Below, in pieces: positions 19,110 to 28,305 of a stretch of 64,000 bases of DNA. Each line of letters starts with the position of its first letter. Position 1 is the stretch's first letter. This DNA comes from Gemmatimonadales bacterium (lineage in GTDB: Bacteria; Gemmatimonadota; Gemmatimonadetes; Gemmatimonadales; GWC2-71-9). A model generated the notes under the pieces. It did no database searches, had not been told where the DNA came from, and worked only from the letters and a program-made list of their open reading frames with translations. The translations under genes and the position numbers were made by a program. Location: positions 21,023-85,022 of the forward strand of contig DASYAK010000013.1 in NCBI GenBank assembly GCA_036501385.1, in the 5' to 3' direction.

Positions 19110-22099
19110 GGTCCGCCACTCCGGGCGCCGTCGAGCGCCATCTTGAGGACCTCGGCGATGTGGAGCGCCCGGCGATCGGTGGTCTGCGCGATCTGTTCGC
19201 GACAGCTGAAGCCATTCGCCACAATCAGGGTGTCGGGACTTGCCTCGCGGACCTTCGGCAGCAGCACTCGTTCACCGCACGCGATCGACACCCGGTAATG
19301 TTCGCCTCGCTCAAACCCGAACGCGCCTGCCATCCCGCAGCAGCCGGAATCGAGCACGTCGCTGTCGATGCCGAGTTTCTTGAGCAGCGTCACCTCGTCG
19401 TCGAAGTGGAGCACCGACCGCTGATGGCAATGCCCTTGAACGATGGCCTTGGCGGCGAGCGCGGGCACGCTGAAGCTCGGCGCCTTCGCCGCCAGAAACT
19501 CGCTCAGCAGATATGTCTGTTCGCTCAGGCGTTTCGCATCGGGGTCGTCGGGGAGCATTCCCGGCAGCTCGTCGCGAAAGACGGAGACACAGCTTGGCTC
19601 GAGTCCGACGACAGAGATCCCGGCCCGGATCGGTGGTCGAAGCGTGTCGAGAATGCGGAGCAGCATCTTTTTCGCCAGTGTCAGCATGCCGTAGTCGTAA
19701 AGTGGCCGGCCGCAGCATAGCGAGATCCCCGGCAGCGTTACCTGGAAGCCCGCCGCTTCGAGCACCTCCACCGCCGCCTGTGCCGTGTCGGGATGGAAAT
19801 GATTGTTCCAGGTATCGGGCCAGAGTAGCACCGCCGCCTTGTCGGCATTGCGCACCGGTCGCTTGGCGAACCAGGCCGTGAAGGTCTGTGCGGCAAAGAC
19901 CGGAACCGTTCGATCCGGCGCCATCGTCGCCACCGCCTTGACGGCGTTGCGCAAGCCCGGGGCGTGGCTGACAAAGTTGGCGATCCGCGGGATGTGCGAG
20001 GCAATCCGTGCCCACCACGGCATCAATCCGAAAGCGTAAGCCGCCATGGGCCGGCGATGACCGCGGTAGTAGTGGGCGAGAAACTCCGCCTTGTAGGTTG
20101 CCATGTCGACGTTTACCGGGCACTCGCCTTTGCATCCCTTGCACGAGAGACAGAGGTCGAGCGCCTCCTTGACTGCCGGATCGCGCCACCCGCGGCGTAC
20201 CGGATTGCCCTCCAGCATCTCGAACAGCATCCGCGCGCGGCCGCGGGTCGAGTGCTTTTCCTCGCGCGTCGCCATGTAACTGGGGCACATCGTGCCGCTG
20301 TCATGCTTGCGGCACTTCCCCGTCCCGACGCAGCGGTTGGCGGCGTGGGCGAAGCTTCTGTCGTCATCGCGAAAGGCAAAGTGCGTGTCCGGGTCCCAGG
20401 GATGGTAGTGAGTGCCCCAGCGGAGGTTGGTATCGACCGGATACGCATCGATCACCTTGCCAGGGTTCATCTTCCCGAGGGGATCCCAGAGCGCCTTGAA
20501 CTCGCGGAACGCCTGCATCAGCCGTTCGCCGAACATGATCGGCAACAGCGTGCCACGAGCCTGGCCGTCGCCGTGTTCTCCTGAGAGAGAACCGCCGTAG
20601 CCCGTCACCAGGTGGGCCGCGTCGTGGAGGAATGCCTTCCAGCGCTCGATGCCGTCGGCGGTGTAGAGGTCGAAGTCGATGCTGCAATGGATGCATCCCT
20701 GACCGAAATGCCCATACAGCGATGCAGTGTAGCCGTACTTGTCGAATAACTGCTGCAGCTCGCGCAGGTACTTGCCGACATCCTTGGGTGCGACCGCGGA
20801 GTCTTCCCAACCGGGATAGAAGTCCGGGTCATGTGGAATCTTGGACGTCGAGCCCAGGCCGGATTCCCGGATCTCCCACAAGAGCTTCTCCTCGGCCGGG
20901 TTGTCGAACAGCTTGGCGGCCGGAGCAAGCGGCGTCGCGGCGAACGCCGCCATCAATCCCCGGGCCTGCCTGTCGGCGTCGTCGGTGGTCGCGCCACCGA
21001 ACTCGACGATCAACCAGGCGTTTCCCTTCGGCAGCATGTCGCGTCCTGACGTCGACATCCCCTTGTCGTGCATGTAGGTGAACATGCTGCCGTCGATTCC
21101 CTCGAGTGCAATGGGGTGGTGCGCATTGCAGAACTCGACCCGGTCACCAGCGATGAAAATGTCCTCGAACGCGAAGACGACCAGCGTGCGGCAGGGCGGA
21201 CTTTCGACCAGTCGAAGTTTCGCCTGCAGCACGGTGACGCAGGTATTTTCGGTGCCCACCAGCGCACGGGCGACATGGAAGCCGTGCTCAGGCAGGAGTT
21301 GATGCAGGGGATATCCGGAGACGAGGCGCGGGATCCTCGGGAAGCGAGCGCGAATCTCGTCGCCGTAGGTATCGCGAATCGCCTTGAGCCCGGCATAGAT
21401 CTCGCCGCGGCGGCCGCCGGCGGCAATGATCGTCTCGAGTTCCTCGTCGCTGGTCGGTCCGACCCACATGCGCATGCCGTCGTAGGTGAGGATCTCCAGT
21501 TCGTCGGTATTCTCCTCGACCTTGCCGGCCATCTGGGCGTGCATGCCGCAGGAATTGTTGCCGATCATCCCGCCCAGGGTGTTGCGATTGTGCGTGGCGG
21601 GGTCGGGTCCGAAAGTGAGATGTCGTGCCTCCGCCTCGTCCCGGAGGTCGTCGAGGACAGCCCCGGGTTCCACCAGTGCCGAGCGCGCCGTCCAGTCGAT
21701 GGCAACGATGTGAGTCATATACTTGCTCATGTCGAGTACGACCGCGGCGTTGCAGGTCGAGCCGGCGAGGTCGGTGGCTCCGCCGCGAGCGACGATTGGC
21801 ACGCCGAAGTCGCGACATACCGCTACGGCCTCGACCACGTCATCGGCGTCGCGCGGCAGCACCACACCGATCGGGATCTGGCGATAGTTGGACGCATCGG
21901 TCGAGTAGAGGGCGCGATCACCGTCATTGAAGCGGACCTCGCCGCGAACCCGTTGCGCCAGCGCCCCGGCCAGACGCGCCATCCTGGCCTCCGTCTCGGG
22001 GCCGTAGATCGCGTCGGGCCGGCGCGGCGTTGCCGGCGGGGCGTTGCCGGCGGGATCGGCGTGATTGCGGGTCAGCGTCACCAAAGTCTCTCGCGCCAT
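19106..22099 (-). CDS. fused FAD-binding (GlcD-like) and Fe-S/CCG (GlcF-like) oxidoreductase, YdiJ-like 2-hydroxyacid dehydrogenase
   Basis: 997 aa. The N-terminus is an FAD PCMH-type domain. The central part has CVGTGKCRK...MCPSY and CLSCKGCKGECPVNVD ferredoxin-type motifs. The C-terminus has Cys-rich CCG-like repeats. Confidence 0.85.
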   Translation of the reverse strand: MARETLVTLTRNHADPAGNAPPATPRRPDAIYGPETEARMARLAGALAQRVRGEVRFNDGDRALYSTDASNYRQIPIGVVLPRDADDVVEAVAVCRDFGVPIVARGGATDLAGSTCNAAVVLDMSKYMTHIVAIDWTARSALVEPGAVLDDLRDEAEARHLTFGPDPATHNRNTLGGMIGNNSCGMHAQMAGKVEENTDELEILTYDGMRMWVGPTSDEELETIIAAGGRRGEIYAGLKAIRDTYGDEIRARFPRIPRLVSGYPLHQLLPEHGFHVARALVGTENTCVTVLQAKLRLVESPPCRTLVVFAFEDIFIAGDRVEFCNAHHPIALEGIDGSMFTYMHDKGMSTSGRDMLPKGNAWLIVEFGGATTDDADRQARGLMAAFAATPLAPAAKLFDNPAEEKLLWEIRESGLGSTSKIPHDPDFYPGWEDSAVAPKDVGKYLRELQQLFDKYGYTASLYGHFGQGCIHCSIDFDLYTADGIERWKAFLHDAAHLVTGYGGSLSGEHGDGQARGTLLPIMFGERLMQAFREFKALWDPLGKMNPGKVIDAYPVDTNLRWGTHYHPWDPDTHFAFRDDDRSFAHAANRCVGTGKCRKHDSGTMCPSYMATREEKHSTRGRARMLFEMLEGNPVRRGWRDPAVKEALDLCLSCKGCKGECPVNVDMATYKAEFLAHYYRGHRRPMAAYAFGLMPWWARIASHIPRIANFVSHAPGLRNAVKAVATMAPDRTVPVFAAQTFTAWFAKRPVRNADKAAVLLWPDTWNNHFHPDTAQAAVEVLEAAGFQVTLPGISLCCGRPLYDYGMLTLAKKMLLRILDTLRPPIRAGISVVGLEPSCVSVFRDELPGMLPDDPDAKRLSEQTYLLSEFLAAKAPSFSVPALAAKAIVQGHCHQRSVLHFDDEVTLLKKLGIDSDVLDSGCCGMAGAFGFERGEHYRVSIACGERVLLPKVREASPDTLIVANGFSCREQIAQTTDRRALHIAEVLKMALDGARSGGP

Positions 22100-22117
22100 C
22101 GTGTTTCTCTCCGTGAC

Positions 22118-23224
22118 CTAGATCGCGTACGGCGCGGCGTCGGCGCGTTTGAACTCGAGGCCCATGCCAGGGCGCGCCAGGTCTGGCGCCAGTTGCCCGT
22201 CAACCGGCGTCGCCACGCCGTCGAACAGCAGTTGCTCGATGCGGACGTGATCGTGGAAATATTCCATGTGTCGCAACTGCGTTGCAGCACATGCGACGTG
22301 CAGGTGCAACGCCGGGGCGCAGTGGGTCGAGAGCGGCACCCGCTTTGTGGCACAGAGTGCATCGGTCTGCAGCAGCCCGGTGATCCCGGCGCAGCGCGAT
22401 GCGTCGGCCTGCAGCACGTCTACGGCACCTGCATCGAGCATCCGCTCGAAGTCGACGAGCTGATAGCCGTATTCACCGACCGAGATGTCCATCCCGGATG
22501 GCGCGCGTTTGCGGCAGCGGCGGAGTCCTTCGAGATCCTGGTGGTCGACCGGCTCCTCGAACCACGTCACCTGCGAGGCCGCAATTCGCTCCGCTTGCGC
22601 CACCGCCTGGGTGCGGCCATACGCTCCGTTGGCATCGACGAAGAGCTCGGCCGCGTCTCCGATCGCGCGACGCGCGGCGGCGACGCGCGCAATGTCGGCG
22701 GCCGGATCCCGCCCGATCTTCATCTTGACGCGGGGAATGCCGGCGTCGATCCACCCGGCCAGTTGCGCCTGCAACCGGGCTACCGAATAGGAGGTGAAGC
22801 CACCGCTTCCATATATTGGGGCGGCATCACGGATCTGGCCGAGGAGCGTCACGAGCGGCACCTGGAGCAGGCGCGCCTTGAGGTCCCACACGGCGTTGTC
22901 GACGGCGGCGATCGCCATGGCCGTGATTCCACCGCGCCCCAGATTGCGAACCCGGGCCACCAGCAGGTCGTGGATCGGGCCAATGGCCAGCGCGTTCATG
23001 CCGATGAGCGGAGCGGCGAGGGTGTCGCGGACCAGGATCGCAGTGGCGAGATCGGCGTAAGTGTAGCCCAATCCGGTCACCTCACTCGCGGTCATCTCGA
23101 CCAGGACCAGCGTGGTCGCGTTCCAGACCAGCGTGCCATCGGATTCTTCTGGGGTGTCGGTGGGAACGCGGTATGCCGACACGGCGAGCCGGGAGATCGG
23201 AACGCCATTCCGATCGGGGAACAT
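22118..23224 (-). CDS. enolase-superfamily enzyme (mandelate racemase/muconate lactonizing family, probable acid-sugar dehydratase)
   Basis: 368 aa with an MR/MLE-like capping and barrel pattern (AIAAVDNAVWDLKARLLQVPLVTLLG, VDANGAY, FEEP). The start abuts the ThDP-enzyme stop. Confidence 0.8.
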   Translation of the reverse strand: MFPDRNGVPISRLAVSAYRVPTDTPEESDGTLVWNATTLVLVEMTASEVTGLGYTYADLATAILVRDTLAAPLIGMNALAIGPIHDLLVARVRNLGRGGITAMAIAAVDNAVWDLKARLLQVPLVTLLGQIRDAAPIYGSGGFTSYSVARLQAQLAGWIDAGIPRVKMKIGRDPAADIARVAAARRAIGDAAELFVDANGAYGRTQAVAQAERIAASQVTWFEEPVDHQDLEGLRRCRKRAPSGMDISVGEYGYQLVDFERMLDAGAVDVLQADASRCAGITGLLQTDALCATKRVPLSTHCAPALHLHVACAATQLRHMEYFHDHVRIEQLLFDGVATPVDGQLAPDLARPGMGLEFKRADAAPYAI

Positions 23225-24979
23225 CTAGATCACCTCCCGCACCTTGTCCTTGAGCACCGTCTTGATGATGTCCCACCCGTCGCGCTCGCCGCGAAGCAGC
23301 GCTTCCATGAAGTGCATCGCCTGCCTGGTCGAGATCTTGCCGGGCAGCGGCGGCTCATTGGGATCGACGACCGCTTCGACCAGCGCCGGCCCCGGGTGCG
23401 CCAGTGCTTCGCGCAGCACGGCCTCGGCCTCTTCGGGCCGTTCGATGGTGTAGCCGCCGGCGCCGCACGCCCGTGCGTACGCGGCGAAATCGATCGGCTG
23501 CAGCTCGATGCCGAATTCGGGGTTGCCGTCGAGCACCATCTGCTCCCACTTGATCTCGCCCAGCACGTTGTTCTTGATGACGATGATCTTGACCGGAAGA
23601 TTGTACTTCACCAGGGTGGCGACTTCGCCCATCAGCATCGTGAATCCGCCATCGCCGACGATGCACACCACCTGCCGTCCCGGAAACGCCACCGCGGCGC
23701 CCACGCTGTACGGCAAGCCGTTCGCCATCGTTGCCAGCGACCCGGAGAGCGAGAACTGCATGGTTCCGCGCATGTCGATATATCGTGCCGACCATGTCGC
23801 AATGGTCCCGCTGTCGGACGACACGATGGCGTCGTCGTCGAGCATCCGATTGAGCAGGTACGGTACTACTTGCGGCTTCATCGGCATGTCTTCGCGGGTG
23901 CCGCGGGTGGTCATCACCTGGCGCCAGTCTTTCATCCGCTCCTGGGCCGTCTCCAGGAAGGTGCGATCGCGCTTGCGGATAATCAGCGGCAGCAGGGCAC
24001 GCAGCACGCTGCGGCAGTCGCCCACCAGGCCGATCTCCGCCGGATAGCGGAGTCCGATCCGCGAGGGATCGACATCGATCTGGACGGCTCTTGCCTTGCC
24101 CGGTTCCGGATAGAACTCCATGTACGGGAAGCCGCTGCCCGCGATCACGAGCGTATCGCATTCGGCGAGCGCGTCCTGCGATGGGGCGGTACCGAGAAGG
24201 CCGATCCCGCCGGTAGTGTAGGGACTGTCGTCAGGTACGACTCCCTTGCCAAGTAACGGCTTGATGATGGGGCCGCCGACGAGATCGGCGAGCTGGAGGA
24301 TTTCTTCGCGCGCGCCGAGACAGCCGCGACCAGCCAGGATGGCGACCCGGGCGCCGGCATTGATCAGGGCAGCGGCGCGTTGCATCACACCATCGGGAGG
24401 GACGGGATGCGCCGCCGAGAAGTGGTCGGCACTGTGATCGGCAATGTTGGCGCCCGAACGCTGATGGTCGATCGCCTTCCATTCCTGGATGTCCTTGGGA
24501 ATGGTGATGTGCGTAATCGTGCGACGAGCCAGCGCAGTCCTGATCGCTTCGTCGACCACGTTGTGCACGTGGGCGGGCCCCATGATCCGCTGATTGTACG
24601 CCGCGACATCCATGTACAGCTTGTCGAGATCGACGTCCTGTTGATAGTGCGTGCCGATCAGATCGTGAAAGGTATGGCCGGTGATGGCCAATACCGGCTG
24701 GCCATCGCACTTGGCGTCGTACAGACCATTGAGAAGATGGATGCCGCCCGGTCCCGATGTCGCGAGGCAGACGCCAAGCCGGCCAGTGTACTTGGCGTAG
24801 CCGCAGGCGGCGAATGCAGCCGCCTCTTCGTGGCGCACCTGTATGAAGCGGATCGTGTCCTGGCGGGTTCGGAGCGCCTCGAAGATGCCATTGATGCCAT
24901 CGCCGGGAAAACCGAAGATGGTGTCGATCCTCCACGCGATCAGCCGTTCCACCAGCAAGTCCGCGACGGTGTGCGTCAT
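23225..24979 (-). CDS. thiamine-diphosphate enzyme of the pyruvate oxidase / pyruvate dehydrogenase (quinone) family
   Basis: 584 aa. The N-terminus is TVADLLVERLIAWRIDTIFGFPGDGINGIF...VRHEEAAAFAA. The ThDP-binding motif is GDGGF...N. Confidence 0.85.
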   Translation of the reverse strand: MTHTVADLLVERLIAWRIDTIFGFPGDGINGIFEALRTRQDTIRFIQVRHEEAAAFAACGYAKYTGRLGVCLATSGPGGIHLLNGLYDAKCDGQPVLAITGHTFHDLIGTHYQQDVDLDKLYMDVAAYNQRIMGPAHVHNVVDEAIRTALARRTITHITIPKDIQEWKAIDHQRSGANIADHSADHFSAAHPVPPDGVMQRAAALINAGARVAILAGRGCLGAREEILQLADLVGGPIIKPLLGKGVVPDDSPYTTGGIGLLGTAPSQDALAECDTLVIAGSGFPYMEFYPEPGKARAVQIDVDPSRIGLRYPAEIGLVGDCRSVLRALLPLIIRKRDRTFLETAQERMKDWRQVMTTRGTREDMPMKPQVVPYLLNRMLDDDAIVSSDSGTIATWSARYIDMRGTMQFSLSGSLATMANGLPYSVGAAVAFPGRQVVCIVGDGGFTMLMGEVATLVKYNLPVKIIVIKNNVLGEIKWEQMVLDGNPEFGIELQPIDFAAYARACGAGGYTIERPEEAEAVLREALAHPGPALVEAVVDPNEPPLPGKISTRQAMHFMEALLRGERDGWDIIKTVLKDKVREVI

Positions 24980-25069
24980 GAGAGTTCTTCCTGGAGCAGT
25001 GAGTCATCGGCGCGGGGAATCGCCGCGACAGGCGGGGCGTCAAGCGCGCGCGGAAGAGGCGCAATCATT

Positions 25070-25513
25070 TCAGGCTGGAAACGCCATGGTGCTCATCAGC
25101 GCCAGGGCATCCTGGCGCGAATCGAGGCGAGTGTGCTGCACGATGATCGGCACATCTGATTCGACCACGCTGGCATAGTCCGTGTCGTGCGGGATCGGTG
25201 CCGGGTCGGAAAGCTCGTTGAATCGAAGATGCAGCGTTCGCCGTGCGGTCACTGTGCATCGATACGGACCGGCCGGCGGCTGGCTGGCGAAATAGACGGT
25301 GATCCGGACTTGCGCGTCCTGGTCGCCGGTATTCAGGATGCAGAGGGCGTCGTGGCTGACCAGCGGCCGCGCGGCGCCGGTACTCGATGGCGGGATATAT
25401 CCGTCGGGAATGACCCAGCGCTGGTGGCCGATGGCGACCGTTGCCGATGGGGCTCGCCGGTCGGCAGGTGCTTGACATGTTCGCTCATGGTGCGTTGGCT
25501 GTCCCGCCGACAT
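25070..25513 (-). CDS. ASRT-family protein (sensory rhodopsin transducer-like fold, PF07100-like)
   Basis: 147 aa. WVIPDGYIPP...CILNTGDQDAQVRITVYF...GPYRCTVTARRTLHLRFNELSDPAPIPHDTDYASVVESDVPIIVQHTRLDSRQ matches the ASRT pattern as I recall it. The only in-frame start is the ATG at 25513. Confidence 0.7.
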   Translation of the reverse strand: MSAGQPTHHERTCQAPADRRAPSATVAIGHQRWVIPDGYIPPSSTGAARPLVSHDALCILNTGDQDAQVRITVYFASQPPAGPYRCTVTARRTLHLRFNELSDPAPIPHDTDYASVVESDVPIIVQHTRLDSRQDALALMSTMAFPA

Positions 25514-25582
25514 TGCGTCTCCTCGCGCCAGAGTACGACGGGCGGCGGACGAGGCACACGACAGCGGACGATCAGTGATCGA

Positions 25583-27328
25583 TCACGCCTCTTCGAGACT
25601 CGCCTCGAGTTCCCGGCGCATCAGCAGCTCGACATATCGCCCGCCCCGCGCCACCAGCTCGTCGTGCCGGCCGCGCTCCACGATGCGCCCGTCGTCGAGG
25701 ACCAGGATCTGTTCCGCGTTTCGCACCGCCGAGAAGCGATGCGAAGCAATCATCCGGGTGCAACTCGATGTTGCGGCTTCGAGTTCGGTGAGGATCGCCA
25801 TCTCGGTGGCGGCGTCGACTGCGCTGAGCGCGTCGTCGAGCACCAGGACATCGGGTTCGCGCACCAATGCCCGGGCGATCGCCGCCCGTTGGCGCTGTCC
25901 GCCCGACAGGTTTATCCCGCGCTCGCCGAGAAGCGTCTCCCACCCCGATGGAAGATCGGGCAGGGCATCGCTGAGCCGCGAGACGCGCGCCGCACGCAGC
26001 AATCTTTCGTCGTCGGGCGCTCCGAGGAGGACATTGTCGCGCACCGTTTCGGAGAAGAGAAAGGTCTCCTGCGGCACCATGCCGATGGCGCTATGCAGGT
26101 CGGCGAGTCGCAGATCCCGGATGTCGATGCCATCGAGCATGATTCGTCCGCGATCGGGATCGTAGGTGCGCGCCAGGAGATCAATCAACGTCGTTTTCCC
26201 CGACCCCGTCGCTCCAACGATGCCGACCAGTTCGCCGGCAGCAACCTCAAAGCTGACCGCCTGCAGCACCCACGGCGCATTCTCGATCCCGGGATAGCGA
26301 AACCACACATCCTCGAATGTCACGCGACGCCCGGTGCTCGCCGCCCGAAGATCGATGGCGTGTGCGGGGTCGGAAATATCCGGCGTCACTCCGAACAGGG
26401 CGTCGATCCGGTCGGCCGAGGCGTCGCCGCGCTGCAGCAACGATATCGCCCAGCCCAGTGCGATCATCGGCCAGACGAGCATGCCGAGATAGATGCCGAA
26501 AGCGACGAAGCCGCCGATGCTGATCCGTCCGGCGATCACGCTGCGGCCTCCGATGACCAGCGTGATCACCGCACCGGCGCCGCCGAGGAACGACAGCAGG
26601 GGATTGAAGATTCCCTGCGCCCGCGCCAGCGACATGTTGCGTTGCTGGTAGCCGGCGTCGAGGGCGTGGAATCGGACGGTTTCGGCGTTTTCCTGGGCGT
26701 AAGCCCTGACAACGCGCAACCCAGCGAGGTGTTCCTGTACGAACGAGGAGATGTCGCCGAACTGATCCTGGACGCCGAGCGAGCGGCGATGCACTTCGCC
26801 GCCGAGGAGCAGCATGACCACGGGCAGCCCCAGCGTGGGAAGCAACGCCCACAGGGTGAGCGACGGCGAGATCGCGGCCATCATCGGCACGGTCATGATC
26901 GCCCGTGCACTCGTGTCGACGAGGTACATCACGGCCGGACCGGCGACCATGCGCAAGGCGAGGAGGTCGTTGGTGGCGCGCGCCATGAGGTCGCCGACCG
27001 GATGACGCTGGAAGAAGGTGGCCGACAAGCTGGTGAGATGATCGAAGAGGTCGTCGCGGAGATCGGTTTCCACCCGGCGCGACGCCCCGTTGAGCCGATG
27101 CCGCATTCCGAATCGGAGGACGCCGCCCCCGAGCGCCAGGATGCCGACCCACATCGCCGCCTGCTCGGACCCGCTCCAGTTATGGGCAATCAAGGCGTCG
27201 ACGCCGTGCTGGACGAAGCGCGGGCCCAGCGTCGCGAGCAGGTTGGATCCGAGCATGCACGCAAATCCCAGCGCATACGCTCGCGCGTAGCGCCGAAAAT
27301 ACTGTCGCAGTCGTCGCAGGGATCGCAT
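25583..27328 (-). CDS. ABC transporter, fused permease/ATP-binding half-transporter (MsbA-like exporter)
   Basis: 581 aa from the ATG at 27328. A six-TM N-terminal domain is followed by Walker A GATGSGKTT, signature LSGGQRQR and Walker B VLVLDDALSAVD. The upper 124 codons of ORF 25583..27700 are rejected. Confidence 0.9.
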   Translation of the reverse strand: MRSLRRLRQYFRRYARAYALGFACMLGSNLLATLGPRFVQHGVDALIAHNWSGSEQAAMWVGILALGGGVLRFGMRHRLNGASRRVETDLRDDLFDHLTSLSATFFQRHPVGDLMARATNDLLALRMVAGPAVMYLVDTSARAIMTVPMMAAISPSLTLWALLPTLGLPVVMLLLGGEVHRRSLGVQDQFGDISSFVQEHLAGLRVVRAYAQENAETVRFHALDAGYQQRNMSLARAQGIFNPLLSFLGGAGAVITLVIGGRSVIAGRISIGGFVAFGIYLGMLVWPMIALGWAISLLQRGDASADRIDALFGVTPDISDPAHAIDLRAASTGRRVTFEDVWFRYPGIENAPWVLQAVSFEVAAGELVGIVGATGSGKTTLIDLLARTYDPDRGRIMLDGIDIRDLRLADLHSAIGMVPQETFLFSETVRDNVLLGAPDDERLLRAARVSRLSDALPDLPSGWETLLGERGINLSGGQRQRAAIARALVREPDVLVLDDALSAVDAATEMAILTELEAATSSCTRMIASHRFSAVRNAEQILVLDDGRIVERGRHDELVARGGRYVELLMRRELEASLEEA

Positions 27329-27378
27329 CGAGCACAATGTAGCGGCGACGCGGTGATCCTTCACGCAGGAGCACGACG

Positions 27379-28215
27379 ATGTCCCGACACCTGATTCTCT
27401 CGGCGCTTGCCCTCGCGGGGCTTGGCGCATGCACTCGACCCAAATCGACGACGGTTGCAGTGGCGGATTCGGTCCCCGCAGCACTTCCTCCGGCCCCTCT
27501 CGGTGATACCGCACGGAGTGCTCCGCCACCCGATACGGTGTATGTCCCGCGGCCGGCCCCGGCCCATGCAATGGCGCCACGACGGCCGCGGCGCGAGCCA
27601 TCTTTGCGGCGCGATGAGCCGACGCCGATCGTCGTGCAGCGGACAGCGCCAGCTCCGGTCGCGGACGCACCCAGTCCCCAGGCTCCGCCGGCTCAGGCAC
27701 CGGTCCTGCCGCGCGGGACGGCGATTATCGCCACGGCGATCGATTCGATTCATTCACGATTCAATCAGGCCGGCGACGTCATCCGGGTTCGCGTCGATCA
27801 TGACGTGATGGCCAACGGCGAGACCGTGATTCCGGCCGGATCAGTGGTCGCGCTGGAGATCACCGATATCGCCCGCGCCCCCGAACGCGGCGAAAGGGGA
27901 ACGCTCGAACTCCGCGCCCGTGACGTCGAGATTCGCGGCGAACGCTATCCGATCGCGGCGCATGCCACCGACTATGAGTATGAGATGAAGGCGCGCGGCG
28001 TCGGAACCGGCGAGGTGGCGAAGACCGGCGCCGGTGCCGCAATCGGCGCGATCGTGGGGCATATCCTTGGCGGGAAGACGGGGACCGTGGTCGGAGCTGT
28101 CGGCGGCGGTGCGGCTGGGGCTGCCGTCGCGGCCAAGACCGCCGACCGCGACATCATTGTCCATGCTGGAGCCGAGATGACGCTGGTGCTGGGGGAGGAT
28201 TTTGGTAGAAACTAG
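27379..28215 (+). CDS. lipoprotein with Pro-rich linker and C-terminal glycine-zipper segment
   Basis: 278 aa. The lipobox is LALAGLGAC. The C-terminus is GAGAAIGAIVGHILGGKTGTVVGAVGGGAAGAAVA. Confidence 0.6.
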   Translation: MSRHLILSALALAGLGACTRPKSTTVAVADSVPAALPPAPLGDTARSAPPPDTVYVPRPAPAHAMAPRRPRREPSLRRDEPTPIVVQRTAPAPVADAPSPQAPPAQAPVLPRGTAIIATAIDSIHSRFNQAGDVIRVRVDHDVMANGETVIPAGSVVALEITDIARAPERGERGTLELRARDVEIRGERYPIAAHATDYEYEMKARGVGTGEVAKTGAGAAIGAIVGHILGGKTGTVVGAVGGGAAGAAVAAKTADRDIIVHAGAEMTLVLGEDFGRN

Positions 28216-28232
28216 AAAGAGAGAAGCGAGAC

Positions 28233-28275
28233 GAGAGAAGAGAGACGAAATTGCCTTCGACTTCTCTCTTCTCTC
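28233..28275. terminator. bidirectional hairpin of GA/TC repeat element B, between the convergent lipoprotein gene and ggt
   Basis: There is a 13-bp stem, GAGAGAAGAGAGA (28233-28245) with TCTCTCTTCTCTC (28263-28275), and a 17-nt loop containing a CGAA/TTCG mini-stem. The whole element spans about 28214-28307, from stop codon to stop codon. Confidence 0.55.
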
Positions 28276-28305
28276 TTCTCTCTTCTTTCTTCTCTCTTCT
28301 TCTTC

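Noticed and set aside
21068-24256. Very long ORFs antisense to the annotated genes (for example 21068-24256 +, 716-1975 -, 25187-27394 +, 45216-47051 -, 61217-63784 -, 8798-9745 -, 9657-10598 -)
   Set aside because: These are typical shadow ORFs of GC-rich DNA. Their translations are Arg/Pro/Gly/Ala-rich and low in complexity, and they carry no recognisable motifs. Each lies opposite a gene with strong family signatures.
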